From the sequence record MZ234015.1: DNA of 64,000 nt, one strand, 5' to 3'. The notes under the pieces were generated by a model that did not search any database, was not told the DNA's origin, and saw only the letters and a list, made by a program, of their open reading frames with translations. Each line of letters opens with the position of its first letter. Position 1 is the first letter of the stretch. Shown here one piece after another: positions 28,899 to 37,125 of the stretch. The DNA comes from Escherichia phage vB_EcoP-101114BS3. The position numbers and the translations under genes were made by a program.

Positions 28899-28934
28899 GC
28901 TCACATAGCCCTCTGATACTCACAAGGGCTATAG
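28899..28934 (-). repeat. conserved stem-loop element, copy 1 (ATAGCCC-14 nt-GGGCTAT)
   Basis: Near-identical to 34537..34570; abuts stop of a GDxF-family gene. Confidence 0.5.
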
Positions 28935-28937
28935 ATG

Positions 28938-29186
28938 TTACTCTGTGGCTCCGTCGAATCGGAGGATTGCTGCTGGAACAGGGTATGCTTCCAGATCTTC
29001 ATCCAGTCGGTATAGATGCCCTGTACTTAAATTTACAGCTGTTACTGGCTTAGAGTGGCCTCCAGCCTGTATGGAAGGAACTCTGATAAAGAACTCTTCT
29101 GGATATTCAACAGAGTGGAACACACTTCCTGAATAAAGATCTTTTATTTTAGAAGTTTGTTTAGGAGTTTTATCAGCAATTTTCAT
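28938..29186 (-). CDS. small protein, GDxF-motif family (5 copies)
   Basis: Alignable with 34583..34813, 30577..30831, 30307..30573, 33392..33643. Confidence 0.5.
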   Translation of the reverse strand: MKIADKTPKQTSKIKDLYSGSVFHSVEYPEEFFIRVPSIQAGGHSKPVTAVNLSTGHLYRLDEDLEAYPVPAAILRFDGATE

Positions 29187-29419
29187 TACAGACCTTTCTT
29201 AGCACGATCTTTGGCAGTTTTGCCAGTGCGGATACGATGGGAAACATTAACCAGCTCGCCACCTTCGACGATGGTTACGCTTTTGTTTTTCGCAATATCA
29301 AACACAGTTTTCTCTGTGCCGCCCAGACGAATCTGTTTAGGCTCACTGTGGGTCTGAGTTGATTTAGACTGGAACTGGAACGGCTGACGGATGGCATCAA
29401 TTGCGCTAACTTTAGACAT
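29186..29419 (-). CDS. hypothetical protein
   Basis: 77-aa ORF. Confidence 0.45.
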   Translation of the reverse strand: MSKVSAIDAIRQPFQFQSKSTQTHSEPKQIRLGGTEKTVFDIAKNKSVTIVEGGELVNVSHRIRTGKTAKDRAKKGL

Positions 29420-29447
29420 GTTTTTATTACCTTACATTAAAGAGAGA

Positions 29448-29861
29448 TTAAACAACGAATTGGAACGCTTCGTATCCAAACTTGTATAAGAAATCGTGTT
29501 TGAACTTTACTACACGACCACGATCGCGGAAAGCTTTCAGGCGACTGCTGAACCCAACCATTGGCTCAGGGTCAATAGGGCTACGAATCTTCATAGCTAC
29601 AGAGTGCAGCTTGAAGCGTTTACCAGTGCTACAGGCCATCATCACATACTCCATACGAGTAGTCCAGATGTTGAGCACCATGCTTGTTTTCTCCGCTGAC
29701 CAACCAGTCTTGCGGGCGATTTCTTTATGGACATTAAGCTCCAAAGGAAGAGGGAATTGCTTGTTGAATGAAGCCGGATATAGCTTGACCAGAAGGTCAA
29801 TGTTTTCTTTATACGTTAAGTAAGCCAATTTCTTGCTTACGTTAGGGAATTTCCCAGACAT
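29448..29861 (-). CDS. ProQ/FinO-domain-like RNA-binding protein
   Basis: LVKLYPASFNKQFPLPLELNVHKEIARKTGWSAEKTSMVLNIWTTRMEY parallels ProQ N-terminal domain pattern. Confidence 0.45.
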   Translation of the reverse strand: MSGKFPNVSKKLAYLTYKENIDLLVKLYPASFNKQFPLPLELNVHKEIARKTGWSAEKTSMVLNIWTTRMEYVMMACSTGKRFKLHSVAMKIRSPIDPEPMVGFSSRLKAFRDRGRVVKFKHDFLYKFGYEAFQFVV

Positions 29862-30059
29862 TTTTGAAGCTCCAAAACAGCGCCGAAAAGAGAGGCGTCA
29901 TAGTAGCTAAAAGGAGGAGAGAAGAGGGCTTATTTACTTGCCTTTTTCTGTCCGTTAATGTACCAGATAACTGAACCGTCAGGCTGTCGTTGACCGAAGC
30001 CTTTCAAGTTAACCATTTCTTCTTCAGAGTAGGCACGTTTTCTCACTGATTTTCTCCTG

Positions 30060-30317
30060 TCAGTAGAAGGTGTGTGTAGAGTCGTCGTTCATAGATAACC
30101 AAACGAAGAAGACAATCACACAGAAAGCAATAATACCGAGAGTTGCAAGGATTATAGTGTTAGCTAATGTGATATCTAACACGCTTTGCAGATATATAAA
30201 GAACTGTACGACACCACATACCATCAGCACAACCCCAACGACAATGAGGAGCCAATATGTGCAGAGAAGGACTGCATCTAATAGTGATACATACTTTGGA
30301 TGATCTTTATGTCTCAC
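30060..30317 (-). CDS. small membrane protein
   Basis: 85 aa with two long hydrophobic segments. Confidence 0.5.
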   Translation of the reverse strand: MRHKDHPKYVSLLDAVLLCTYWLLIVVGVVLMVCGVVQFFIYLQSVLDITLANTIILATLGIIAFCVIVFFVWLSMNDDSTHTFY

Positions 30318-30573
30318 TGATCTTTTCCACTAAATCCAGAGTTGCTGATTCAAATACAACACCAACTACCATATTAGGTGCCATATTACGAACGTATCCG
30401 CTCTGCATAGACACGGCCCGAGAGTATTCAGAACCGTTAGAACTTTTGTTTACCTTCATGTAAAGGGTTTGCTCTTTATCTTCTTTCAGAGTAAAGAAAG
30501 AGCCGGGAAGAAGCCTCTGAACAGTCAGAGGGATATCTGCAACATGAGTCTTATTGATAGTAAGAACTGTCAT
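30307..30573 (-). CDS. small protein, GDxF-motif family
   Basis: LLPGSFFTLKEDKEQTLYMKV motif. Confidence 0.45.
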   Translation of the reverse strand: MTVLTINKTHVADIPLTVQRLLPGSFFTLKEDKEQTLYMKVNKSSNGSEYSRAVSMQSGYVRNMAPNMVVGVVFESATLDLVEKISET

Positions 30574-30576
30574 TGC

Positions 30577-30831
30577 TTATTCCTTAATAGTTGCTTCAGC
30601 TTTAATAGGAATAACAGCAACATCTTTACGAGGTGCTGTCGCTCGACCTGTGTTAAGGCAGGCTACAAGTCTATGCTCGTCCGCACCCTTGATGCAGAGT
30701 CGAGTTGAGAACTCAGTAGACAGCAAGATGTACAAATCATCATCTTCACTGTTAGGGTACATGAAGCAATCCCCAAGTCGTAAAGCACTGAGAGGTATTG
30801 CACTCTTACCTGCTGGTTTATTAACTTTCAT
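30577..30831 (-). CDS. small protein, GDxF-motif family
   Basis: LRLGDCFMYPNSEDDDLYIL...VAVIPI. Confidence 0.5.
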   Translation of the reverse strand: MKVNKPAGKSAIPLSALRLGDCFMYPNSEDDDLYILLSTEFSTRLCIKGADEHRLVACLNTGRATAPRKDVAVIPIKAEATIKE

Positions 30832-31107
30832 TTTACCACCTTTAGTTATGGACCAATTTATGAGAGAACTCTCGGAAGAATGCTTTCATAAATAGGGGGA
30901 GGGGACGAATCCTCCCATATCCTATTAATTAATATTGCATGTAAGATCTAACAATTCGATGCTGTAGTGGATAGCGTAAAACGCTTACCGGCATTAAACC
31001 CAGCCCATGAGGGGCTTATGTGAATAAAATGCTCAACATTGAGCGGTTAGTTGATAGGAGATCTGAAGTCCTATCTCAAAGGACTCTCGTAAGAATCCTT
31101 CACGATA

Positions 31108-31362
31108 TCACTTAGTAAGAAAGATTATCAACTTATCCGCTACCCAGCCTATTAACATAAGGACAGGTAAGAAGAAGATAAAGATCAGCATAAAAGGCCA
31201 GAAGAATATCACCGTCCAAATAGAAAGTATATCAGGCTGACCACTCCATGAGCAGTGGAAGAAGTTGTAGAGTGTATTGGTTTTGAAGCACCATTTAACT
31301 ACAATGGCTGCTAACCACCAACCAATAACATAAATCAGGAGGACATACGCTGCTGTAACCAT
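31108..31362 (-). CDS. small membrane protein
   Basis: 84 aa, hydrophobic throughout. Confidence 0.5.
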   Translation of the reverse strand: MVTAAYVLLIYVIGWWLAAIVVKWCFKTNTLYNFFHCSWSGQPDILSIWTVIFFWPFMLIFIFFLPVLMLIGWVADKLIIFLTK

Positions 31363-31589
31363 TCACCGTTCCATTGATAGTTGCGAGTTACCACGTTTCC
31401 GTGGATAAGGAAGTGCTGGCGGCGAAGGATATCTTTAACGTTGTAGTAGGCAGCGTTACCGAGATGACCTTCTTTAATAAGCCAACGAAGATTACGGATA
31501 TCAACCAACAGCATTTTTACTTGCTGTTGGCATGAAGTTTGAGCTGCTGTTTCAAGTAGAGCTTTCGTATCAGAATAATGACCGGACAT
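31335..31589 (-). CDS. hypothetical protein
   Basis: 84-aa ORF. Confidence 0.45.
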   Translation of the reverse strand: MSGHYSDTKALLETAAQTSCQQQVKMLLVDIRNLRWLIKEGHLGNAAYYNVKDILRRQHFLIHGNVVTRNYQWNGEWLQQRMSS

Positions 31590-31590
31590 A

Positions 31591-31917
31591 TCACCACTCC
31601 TTACCCTTTGTTGTTACAGAGCCACTACACTGTACACCACGGGAGATAAAGTCATAACGCGACCAATCACCTTGTGTCTCCATATCACGCCCTACATAAG
31701 CCTTCTCATCAACAGCACCGCCGTTGGAACAAGAAGCACCAGCATAACGCATATCAATTTCACCACTAGGAATCTTCTCCCCGCTGTGCCAACGGGAAAC
31801 ACAGACACCTTCTACCGATAATGCACACCATCCATCAGGACGATGCTGTACGCAGCCTGTAAGAGCTACACAGGCGATAAAGATACAGGTTAAGGTAATT
31901 ACACCACCCCAGCTCAT
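31591..31917 (-). CDS. Cys-rich lipoprotein
   Basis: Signal peptide ending in lipobox LTGC; 8 further Cys. Confidence 0.55.
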   Translation of the reverse strand: MSWGGVITLTCIFIACVALTGCVQHRPDGWCALSVEGVCVSRWHSGEKIPSGEIDMRYAGASCSNGGAVDEKAYVGRDMETQGDWSRYDFISRGVQCSGSVTTKGKEW

Positions 31918-32054
31918 AATCCCTCCTGAAGCGCCTTACGGCGGCTATCTCGCCAAGCCATCCATAGGTAGGTTTTAAGTTCTTCTCTTTCTTCTTCGCT
32001 GAACAAAGGAGAAGTAAAGATATCATCGAACCACTCATTAAACTCAGGGGTCAT
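31914..32054 (-). CDS. small hypothetical protein (46 aa)
   Basis: Below ORF-track cutoff; strong RBS AGGAGG; stop overlaps lipoprotein ATG. Confidence 0.45.
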   Translation of the reverse strand: MTPEFNEWFDDIFTSPLFSEEEREELKTYLWMAWRDSRRKALQEGL

Positions 32055-32193
32055 AAACCCTCCTATTTGATTTGGTGGACTATCTGGAATCGAACCAGAA
32101 GCTCACTAAGAAAGCAATTCCCACTGTTATAAAAGCACTTGCCTCAACAGGGATACACTAACTTTGGTGCCGCACCCATACTAGCCCTAAATG

Positions 32194-32269
32194 TGGTGCG
32201 CCCTACAGGACTCGAACCTGTAACCAATAGCTTAGAAGGCTACTGCTCTATCCGTTGAGCTAAGAGCGC
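32194..32269 (-). tRNA. tRNA-Arg (anticodon UCU)
   Basis: Hand-folded cloverleaf: 7-bp acceptor with one G-U, D arm GCTC/GAGC, anticodon loop CTTCTAA (U33, UCU, A37), T arm ACAGG-TTCGAGT-CCTGT, encoded CCA. Confidence 0.9.
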
Positions 32270-32277
32270 GGAATTGT

Positions 32278-32487
32278 TTAACTGAAGATACGCAAGGCCA
32301 CATCATGACCAATATGACCGGGAACTTTATGCTGCTCTATTTTCAAGCAGCGCTTACAGATACGAGATACACGAGACTCTTTTCTCTCTACTGGAGTGTC
32401 TTTAGCGTGAGTGATGTGTAGGTTTTCAGTGATCACCCACTCGTGTTTACATCCAGAATCTTCGGGCTTTTTCTTACGAAAGAACAT
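32278..32487 (-). CDS. small zinc-ribbon-like protein, tandem paralog 3 of 3
   Basis: Start moved to MFFRKKK (RBS GAGGTG); C.H..W ... C..C pattern shared with two upstream genes. Confidence 0.5.
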   Translation of the reverse strand: MFFRKKKPEDSGCKHEWVITENLHITHAKDTPVERKESRVSRICKRCLKIEQHKVPGHIGHDVALRIFS

Positions 32488-32495
32488 AACACCTC

Positions 32496-32660
32496 TTAGA
32501 TCAGATCTGTTTTCTTGTGCAGACCACACACTTTACAGCGAGAGTAGATACGCAACCCTTGTCGCTCTCTGTCAGTAAGTTTATTTGTGATCGTCAGTTC
32601 ATAAGTATGAAGATCTTCCCACTCATGGAAATGAAATAGACGTTTGAACCATTTGATCAT
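32496..32660 (-). CDS. small zinc-ribbon-like protein, tandem paralog 2 of 3 (54 aa)
   Basis: Below ORF-track cutoff; MIKWFKRLFHFHEW...CKVCG nearly parallel to 32670..32855. Confidence 0.45.
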   Translation of the reverse strand: MIKWFKRLFHFHEWEDLHTYELTITNKLTDRERQGLRIYSRCKVCGLHKKTDLI

Positions 32661-32669
32661 AATGATTCC

Positions 32670-32855
32670 TTAGATTACATCACGATGACTAATATCACCA
32701 CACACCTTACACTGAATAATGTAACGTGTGCCCTTGTCATTGTTCCCATCTGAATCCGTATAGACCAGAGGACGGGTGTTAATAATCTTCCAATCATGAC
32801 AATGGAAGACACGCTTTAGCCACTTAATCATATTAAGCACACGCCGGTAATTCAA
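32670..32855 (-). CDS. small zinc-ribbon-like protein, tandem paralog 1 of 3
   Basis: MIKWLKRVFHCHDW...CKVCG. Confidence 0.5.
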   Translation of the reverse strand: MNYRRVLNMIKWLKRVFHCHDWKIINTRPLVYTDSDGNNDKGTRYIIQCKVCGDISHRDVI

Positions 32856-33090
32856 TTAACTGAGGAGTACGACAAGGGCCATCCTCATACACACCTACCA
32901 GTGTTGGCATGTAAGGCCCAGCGCACTGGTATTCATCGAACAGTTCATTGTAAGTAGGCTTCCACTTCCAAGCCCACACATAACCCATTCGATCAATGGC
33001 AATGTAACGAGTGTTCAGAGGAACCTGCATCATCACATCACCAACTGCTATTACTTTCGTAATAACTGCTGCTCGGAAGTTTGTCTTCAT
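32833..33090 (-). CDS. hypothetical protein
   Basis: 85-aa ORF. Confidence 0.45.
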   Translation of the reverse strand: MKTNFRAAVITKVIAVGDVMMQVPLNTRYIAIDRMGYVWAWKWKPTYNELFDEYQCAGPYMPTLVGVYEDGPCRTPQLIELPACA

Positions 33091-33395
33091 GACTTTGCAG
33101 CCTCCATCATTTTATTCATTTTAGCCACACCTTTACGGATAAGAGGCATAAATTCATCAGCCAGTTCAGTGGATAAAAGTTTAAGCCCGCCTGATTTAAT
33201 ACCGTTCACCGCCTTCTCAACTTCATCCGACAGCAATGTCATTGTTAACCACGGGGATTTTATTACCACAGTAAAGCCCGGTTCATACCGCGAGTGACTG
33301 TAGGTGAACTCTAAATGAGTAACACCGGGCATCTTAGACATTTGAGCACGGATATCTACATTAGGGTTGCAGCGAGTTGAAGATGAAATTGTCAT
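33087..33395 (-). CDS. hypothetical protein
   Basis: 102-aa ORF. Confidence 0.5.
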   Translation of the reverse strand: MTISSSTRCNPNVDIRAQMSKMPGVTHLEFTYSHSRYEPGFTVVIKSPWLTMTLLSDEVEKAVNGIKSGGLKLLSTELADEFMPLIRKGVAKMNKMMEAAKS

Positions 33396-33643
33396 GGCGC
33401 TTTAATCTCAATCTGAACGTTGACGACGAATACAGTATGGTTTGCACTGTACACTGAAGTGCCTATGATTGGCTTATCATCACTGAGGATTTCAACAGCG
33501 TGCTCAAGGTTAATCTTCAGATGAAGACGCCCTGATTCCATGAAGAAATCACCAGCACGTATCTCACCGAACTTAGCTGGCACACCGATAGAGGGTATCA
33601 GTATGTCAGTGCGACCTTTACGGTCAAATAAACGATTGAACAT
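33392..33643 (-). CDS. small protein, GDxF-motif family (divergent)
   Basis: IRAGDFFMESGRLHLKIN motif. Confidence 0.45.
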   Translation of the reverse strand: MFNRLFDRKGRTDILIPSIGVPAKFGEIRAGDFFMESGRLHLKINLEHAVEILSDDKPIIGTSVYSANHTVFVVNVQIEIKAP

Positions 33644-33652
33644 ATCACCCCC

Positions 33653-33862
33653 TTATGTAATATCAACCTCAAACCAACAGGTAAGAGCTTTTTCATTGTT
33701 GCGTTTTGGCTCAAAGGATTTAACAACCGATAACACTCGGCGCTGTTCTCCATCAAACCAGATAGTTTCATCTTTTTCAGGGAGTAGGTTGTGTGCAGCA
33801 CAAACAATCTCACCTAGTACAACCTGTCTGCCATCTTGCTTACGAACTAAACGAATGTTCAT
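33653..33862 (-). CDS. hypothetical protein
   Basis: Start moved to MNIRLV (RBS GAGAGG); upstream part of ORF overlaps a terminator-like hairpin. Confidence 0.4.
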   Translation of the reverse strand: MNIRLVRKQDGRQVVLGEIVCAAHNLLPEKDETIWFDGEQRRVLSVVKSFEPKRNNEKALTCWFEVDIT

Positions 33863-33942
33863 AACAACCTCTCTTGTTAGTTTAAGTAAGAGTTGTCCCT
33901 TAATTAAAACAACAAAGGCCACCCCTAAGGGCAGCCTCTTAT

Positions 33943-34158
33943 TTAAGCGCAAGCACTACGCAGTTTGTTATTCAAGAAGCGATCTTCTGCATTATACAGG
34001 AATGCATAGAACAACTCTTTTGCTACATCCCGATCGCAATTGAGACATTTAGAGATCTGTAACAACAAACCATCACGACTATTAGGATGGTCAATTATCG
34101 CAAGACGAATAATCTCACGAATACCAATGTCATGCTCAGCCGCCATAGAACCAATCAC
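33943..34158 (-). CDS. hypothetical protein
   Basis: 71-aa ORF; start uncertain. Confidence 0.4.
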   Translation of the reverse strand: MIGSMAAEHDIGIREIIRLAIIDHPNSRDGLLLQISKCLNCDRDVAKELFYAFLYNAEDRFLNNKLRSACA

Positions 34159-34536
34159 CCTGACGTTTACGAATGTTAGTTGTCAGACGAAGCATGGCAG
34201 ACTCAATCTTCAGAGCACCATTTGCTACTGCATCCATACGTTCAGGACGGTTCATACGTTTGGTTGTCTTTTTCATAATGTTCTCTCTTTATTGATGGAG
34301 GCAGGATTGCCAGTTAATATAAAGGGAAGCCCTACACGTTAAGACTTCCGCTTGTACAAACTGTCGAGAACTCTCTACCCCTAGATTGTTCTCTATCCCA
34401 AACCGATACATACCCCTACATATCGGAAAGCTGTTCGAAAATTAACAGGTTTTAGTCTATCACCGGATGTTTGAGACAAGTCTCGCCCTAGCGGTGAGCC
34501 ATATGGCGTTGAGATTATAGTTAATTGAGGAACACC

Positions 34537-34570
34537 CTCACATAGCCCTCTGATAAACACAAGGGCTATA
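34537..34570 (-). repeat. conserved stem-loop element, copy 2
   Basis: Differs from copy 1 at only 2-3 loop positions; 12 nt after stop of 34583..34813. Confidence 0.5.
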
Positions 34571-34582
34571 AGTCGATGTTAC

Positions 34583-34813
34583 TTAACCATTAATATGAGT
34601 TACTTGAACATCAGGTACAGGGATAACTTCATGGTCTTCCTGTAATTGGAACAGTGTCCCCTGACTAAGACCAACCACACGATGCATATCGTTAAGTCTA
34701 GTGTCTGTCTTTAGGTAGACATTTTCAGAGTTAGTTGGTAAACGGAACACATCGCCCGGACGTAACTCACTGAGCTTTTTAGTAACAACTACAGAGAAGA
34801 GATTAATTTTCAT
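34583..34813 (-). CDS. small protein, GDxF-motif family
   Basis: LRPGDVFRLPTNSENVYLKT...VIPVP. Confidence 0.5.
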   Translation of the reverse strand: MKINLFSVVVTKKLSELRPGDVFRLPTNSENVYLKTDTRLNDMHRVVGLSQGTLFQLQEDHEVIPVPDVQVTHING

Positions 34814-34969
34814 TTGATTAACACCAAATCAGTACGACGTTCGAAGGAAGGGGAGGATTCACCATTCCACTGAACAAGATAACAGAGAACACCATCAATC
34901 GTTGTTCTCCGACGAATAACACCTGTAACAGTTCCACCAACAAGACGAACGGTGTCGCCAACGGTAAAT

Positions 34970-35275
34970 TTAACCTTTGAGCGCATCTCCTGTTTCCTCA
35001 TTCTGGCGTTTAATTTCTTCAGTGAGTTGCTTATTAAGATCTTGAATACGCTTAATCTCCCAACCCAAAGAAGCCAAACGATCGTTACGTGCTTCGATTT
35101 GTTCCTGCATTTTAAGTAATTTGGAACGAACATCAGCATTAAAAACTTCTTCTTGCTTAAGAAGGAACTCGTAACGACGCTTCCAGCTTGCTGATTTATT
35201 TCTTAAAATAATAAACCCTAGAGTAGAAACCGTTACAGTGAGTACGAAAAGGAACTTATAAACCTCTAAAGACAT
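34970..35275 (-). CDS. membrane-anchored coiled-coil protein
   Basis: N-terminal TM helix then heptad-rich region. Confidence 0.45.
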   Translation of the reverse strand: MSLEVYKFLFVLTVTVSTLGFIILRNKSASWKRRYEFLLKQEEVFNADVRSKLLKMQEQIEARNDRLASLGWEIKRIQDLNKQLTEEIKRQNEETGDALKG

Positions 35276-35476
35276 ATCTTTATCCTCTTAAAGTAAGATA
35301 TTATAAGAAATATTATTTAGAATTTATTATTTCTAAACTTAATTCCTATCAATAATTTTCAGAGGTCTATATACAGTCATTACCTCTGGTCCCAAATCAC
35401 TTCCACTTTTTACAGAGAAAATCATAAGTGTGTGATTTATAAGGAAATTTAGTTTGTCAATATTGGCACTTATGAA

Positions 35477-35863
35477 TCAGTCACGGGAGCTGTTATTGAA
35501 CACTAAATCACCACAATACATCGGATTGGTATACCACTTTGGCACCCCTTCGCTCTTACTCTGAAAGTATGTACCGCTGTACAAAGGCACATAACCTTTC
35601 TTCAGTGCACGCCTTGCAAGCCGCTCGCTCTCTCTGATTGATTTCTTTATCAGAGGGTTATCATCACGAATTAGCTTTACATAACGCTTAAAAGGTTTCT
35701 CCTTCTTTAATAGGACGGGTATCCACTCGAACTGGTTTCGTTGATTTATAACCTGCTCGGCAGTCAGTTTTCGTTGTGACATTCTGTTTATTACGGTATC
35801 CGCTACTAATGCTTTGCAAGCGGTTGGCTGATTCCCTGCCTCATAATAAATAGTCAATGTCAA
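35477..35863 (-). CDS. cell-wall hydrolase (SleB/Hydrolase_2-like), candidate endolysin
   Basis: TIYYEAGNQ...VADTVINRM...QFEW pattern. Confidence 0.55.
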   Translation of the reverse strand: MTLTIYYEAGNQPTACKALVADTVINRMSQRKLTAEQVINQRNQFEWIPVLLKKEKPFKRYVKLIRDDNPLIKKSIRESERLARRALKKGYVPLYSGTYFQSKSEGVPKWYTNPMYCGDLVFNNSSRD

Positions 35864-35913
35864 AAGTAGCTGGGCTGTCGTTATCAGAACTTACTACCCC
35901 CTTGTTTTACGGG

Positions 35914-35942
35914 CATAAAAAAGCCCCATCCGAAGACGGGGC
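35914..35942 (-). terminator. terminator-like hairpin (minus strand), one of several in 35.9-36.15 kb
   Basis: GCCCCATC-CGAA-GACGGGGC with U-run on minus strand. Confidence 0.4.
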
Positions 35943-36180
35943 GACCTGAAAGAGTGAACATGACCTCACTCATTTAAGAATCCTCGTAAAGACTCTTAAA
36001 AAAGAGGCCTCGTTAAAGGCCCGGTCAAATGACCATCCAATAGGGATTGAACCATGCCAATGATTCACAAAGGGAGTTCCCTTTAGGTATCACTAGCTAC
36101 GCAAAAAGCCGCACAAAGGCGGCAGACAAAGACGCTCAAGAAGAGCGTCATAGTAGTTGACCACTGGTCCAGAAGAGGGC

Positions 36181-36624
36181 TTACTTAACTCTTGCTGTTT
36201 TGAGTGGGTCAATATATTTTTCAACTCCCCACTTATGTTTACTATCAGCGTAGAAAACATCTGGTGCACATTGGCTAGTAGTAGGAAATGCTTTCGGTGG
36301 CTTAGTGCTACCTTTATTCTTCTGCTTACCTTTAGTGCGACCATTACAAAAGATTTCTAAACGTTTTTCTTGTTCTGTTTTTGCTGCACCATTGGTTAAC
36401 AGAGAACGCTTGTGATCAGCAAGAAGAAGCGCATCAGCACGATGAACACGACGACCTAACACCTTCGCTACGGTAGAAGGTTTATGTTCTTGAGCGGCTT
36501 GTTTGATAGCTCTTCGTTTAAGGCTACGTTTGCTAATATGGTTAACAGCGGCTGGCTTTTCTTTTTCCAGCTCATTCATAGAGAACACTCGTCCGCCTTT
36601 CATGCTGATTTTAGATTTAGCCAT
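36181..36624 (-). CDS. basic protein (Lys/Arg-rich)
   Basis: 147-aa ORF. Confidence 0.5.
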   Translation of the reverse strand: MAKSKISMKGGRVFSMNELEKEKPAAVNHISKRSLKRRAIKQAAQEHKPSTVAKVLGRRVHRADALLLADHKRSLLTNGAAKTEQEKRLEIFCNGRTKGKQKNKGSTKPPKAFPTTSQCAPDVFYADSKHKWGVEKYIDPLKTARVK

Positions 36625-36694
36625 TGTTTTATTCCTTTCGCTGATAAATTATATCATGCAAGCCTTACCACATAGCAAGGCTTAACCAAATAAC

Positions 36695-36904
36695 TTAATC
36701 AATTAAACTAAACGATTTCCAACTACGTGTAATTGCTACCTTTTCGCCATCAAAGAGAACACTTACAGAGATCAGTTTACCGCGACAACTGGATACCGTG
36801 GTAATACGTCCGGTTAATGCCTTACCTTTATTCAGGTAGTGATAGCGGACACGACGTCCTAACAAACGAGTAGCTTTCTTCTCTAACGTGCTTAAGCTGG
36901 TCAT
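36695..36904 (-). CDS. hypothetical protein
   Basis: 69-aa ORF. Confidence 0.45.
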   Translation of the reverse strand: MTSLSTLEKKATRLLGRRVRYHYLNKGKALTGRITTVSSCRGKLISVSVLFDGEKVAITRSWKSFSLID

Positions 36905-37125
36905 TAAATAGCCCCTTTATGTTGGAGTGATCTTACACGACGATACATAACAGTTGATGCACTAATCGCCGCTTGTTTTCTTTCGTGCTCATGCTGATTC
37001 TTTCGAATCTTATCCATCTCGGCATCATTACGACGACGTTGTAAGATTCTGCTACATTTGCGATGGTTGTTATTAGCACGTGCTTTCTTACAGATAGGGC
37101 AAAGGTGGGATTGAGTTAAAATCAT
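36904..37125 (-). CDS. small basic zinc-finger-like protein
   Basis: CPIC...C motifs, Arg-rich. Confidence 0.45.
   Translation of the reverse strand: MILTQSHLCPICKKARANNNHRKCSRILQRRRNDAEMDKIRKNQHEHERKQAAISASTVMYRRVRSLQHKGAI

Noticed and set aside
32074-32100. Second tRNA gene on the minus strand
   Set aside because: Only a T-arm and 3' acceptor strand are present; no 5' acceptor strand, D-arm or anticodon arm could be folded within a tRNA-sized span.
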